Below are positions 61,876 to 64,000 of a stretch of 64,000 nucleotides of DNA, one piece after another. Source of the DNA: Sphaerodactylus townsendi (Eukaryota); the NCBI RefSeq assembly GCF_021028975.2, contig NC_059426.1, positions 46,004,001 through 46,068,000 of the forward strand. The letters are read 5' to 3'. Numbering within the stretch: position 1 is the stretch's first letter; each line of letters begins with the position of its first letter. The notes under the pieces were generated by a model. It saw only the letters and a list, made by a program, of their open reading frames with translations, had not been told where the DNA came from and did not search any database. The position numbers and the translations under genes are program-made.

Positions 61876-62734
61876 AGAATTGCAGTCTGACTAGAATGGA
61901 TTTCAGGTAGTTTTATATATTATTTAAATTGTATGTTACTAAAGAAAACAGAAGATTGTTTTAGTGCCCGCATATTGCCCTTAACACACTACATGCTTTA
62001 TGTAATCAAATACAGTCCCTGCTGCAGGCATTGTTGATTTGATTATCTTTGCCTCTTGGAGGACCGGGCTCCCTGCTTGCTGTGCACTATTAGAAGGTAT
62101 TCCATACCAGATTATGAAAACACGACATGAAGTTGATGGGAAACCTTTCAAGTGAATAGTGCAGATTCTTTGCAGATAGACTAGATGCCTTTTGAGAAGC
62201 TTGTTCTACTTGCTACTTAGTTTGAACTGGGTTGTGTGGTGATTGTAATTTGTATCACCTCTGGGCAGAACATGGGAGTGGGGAAGAAGGAACTCGGTAT
62301 TTTTGGGGACTATTATCTGCACCATATATCTATGCAGATAAGGACCACTACAGGGTTTATTTGGTGATCAGCCCACATTTTTGTGGGGGGTGGGGAGTTT
62401 CCTGTAACTGGATTTGCCAGCTGTTGGGTGCACAGACATTTGTCTTTTGGATGTGGAACCACAGAGTCGGTAGAGTCATGACAGTACTTAAAAAAGTAAT
62501 GTGTAAGTCAGAATGACATCTAGTGGGTCCTGAAAGGATCCTCGCAGAATGTGAAGTTTAATGGCTTATCCTGGTAGTGGTGGTTGTGACCAAAATAGCT
62601 GAAACATGCATGTCATGCAGACTTCTTATAATATCCTATTTGACTCTCATAATGAATGTCCTTAGAGATCATTTTGTTTAAATTAATCTTGGTCAGTATC
62701 TCAGCTATAGCGAGTGGGGCATAAGAGGCTAGAG

Positions 62735-62920
62735 CAGTGGTTCTCAACCTTCCTAATGCTGTGACCCTTTAATATAGTTCCTCATGTTGTGGTGACCCCC
62801 AACCCTAACATTTAACCATTTTACAGATGGAGAACACTGATGTAGAGAGTCTTAGGCAACCCCTGTGAAAGGGTCATTCGACCCCCAAAGGGGTTGCGAC
62901 CCACAGGTTGAGAACCGCTG
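62735..62920 (-). mobile_element. SPIN (Space Invader; URR1-like) hAT MITE
   Basis: CAGTGGTTCTCAACCTTCCTAATGC...GTTGTGGTGACCCCCAACC and GACCCCCAAAGGGGTTGCGACCCACAGGTTGAGAACCGCTG match recalled SPIN ends; perfect TSD GGCTAGAG. Confidence 0.92.
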
Positions 62921-63407
62921 GGCTAGAGCCCTGGGCACAATTTCTTGGGGGGCATGCTGACTCCTCCCACATAACTGCACCCCAGCTCATTCAGGGCTGA
63001 GGCACAGTTCAACACTTCAGTCTGGCCCCACCCCCAAACTCCACATGTTCACGTATGTGGTCAGCCATCCTGCCCCAATCTGCACGTGAAGTCCAGAGCA
63101 GCCCATTTGCTGCTGGTCTTAGCTGGCCTGGGCGAACTGAGGTCAGCAACAAACAGGCCAGTCCAAACTCCTCATGGAATTTGGGGGCAGGACCAATCAG
63201 GCGGGCCCCACAGGTGCTGCTGGTGGAGGAAGTACCCGGGGCAAGCCCCGGGAGCTGGTTGAGTGAGCAACGCCCTTGGTCAGCTTTGAAAAGAATAGCA
63301 AGTCATAGATAGCAAGCAACAGCAATCTGAGTAGTAGGTGTACAGCGGTATACAGGTTTTAAATAATCTAGAGCTAGATTTTCTAGGGATGCAAATGAAA
63401 AAGCCTA

Positions 63408-63945
63408 GGGCCCTTTCTGCACAAATCCCCTAAAAAGTTTCTTAAATGTTTTCAGTGCCCCCCCCCCCCTTACAACGATGCATGTCTGCACTCATCCCCT
63501 AGAAACAATACCTGGCTGCTATTACATGACTTTTCCTCGCTTTTTTAAAGTTCTGTGTTGAACTGATGCTTCAATGCTTCACAACCTTGTGCTGCATTCT
63601 ACACTCCGCAAGTACTCTATGCTTTGAAGATTGGTCTGCCCAAAATAACAAAACAAGAGAAATGCTGCAAATGAACAGGCGAGGGAGAACTGTGTGAGCT
63701 TACAAAATGCATTGAAAAGGAAGTTCAGGGAAGCACAGAAGTGTAGGAAACATAGCAAATAGATTGCACATCTGAAGACGTTTCAAAACGTTTCAGCCAG
63801 AGAATCATTTTAAAAGGGGATTCGTTTAAAACATTTTGAGGCTGGAAATAAAACGTTTGGGGGTAAAAACAATATGAAACTCCTTGGAGGAAACATTATA
63901 TTTCTTGCCTTGAAACATTTTTAAATGTTTGTGCAGAAAGGGCCC
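63408..63945. mobile_element. PIF/Harbinger-like non-autonomous element
   Basis: TIR GGGCCCTTTCTGCACAAA / TTTGTGCAGAAAGGGCCC; 3-bp flanks CTA / CAA. Confidence 0.78.
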
Positions 63946-63964
63946 CAAATGTGTATCACTCAAG

Positions 63965-64000
63965 TTTGCTGAATTTTTGCTTTTTTTCCCCCAGCAGAAG
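63965..64000 (+). other. Possible 3' splice acceptor at window edge
   Basis: CTGAA branch-like site, pyrimidine tract TTTTTGCTTTTTTTCCCC, then CAG-CAG-AAG. Confidence 0.35.

Noticed and set aside
416-63312. The many short ORFs in the six-frame track as host genes
   Set aside because: No recognisable host domains; those with motifs are frameshifted LINE remnants, others lie in MITEs or span N gaps

Overview
This is eukaryotic, AT-rich, CpG-depleted vertebrate DNA. The repeat content (Squam2-like, Squam3-like and 5S-derived SINEs, squamate L2/CR1, SPIN, many hAT MITEs) points to a squamate reptile, most likely a gecko (inference from recalled repeat consensus sequences, no database search). 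I find no supportable host protein-coding exon, rRNA, tRNA or CRISPR array. Every ORF with recognisable motifs is a decayed retrotransposon reverse-transcriptase remnant (L2, CR1, R4/Dong). The window looks like a large intron or gene desert with six assembly gaps. It holds many transposons with boundaries readable from TIRs and TSDs (hAT, PIF/Harbinger-like, Tc2/pogo-like, a TSD-flanked solo LTR), separated by repeat-poor blocks rich in developmental TF motifs that may be conserved enhancers. A possible 3' splice site lies at the extreme right end. The most notable observations are: (1) three Penelope-like termini with minimal hammerhead-ribozyme motifs, two of them head-to-head palindromes with the axis at the ribozyme 5' edge; (2) a solo LTR with a tRNA-Leu PBS-like 11-mer inside it; (3) a SPIN MITE with a CORE-SINE-like middle; (4) an old three-armed foldback element split by a Tc2-like insertion; (5) a palindromic MITE family with interchangeable termini. 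I cannot support a claim of a wholly new biological system; these are candidates for checking.
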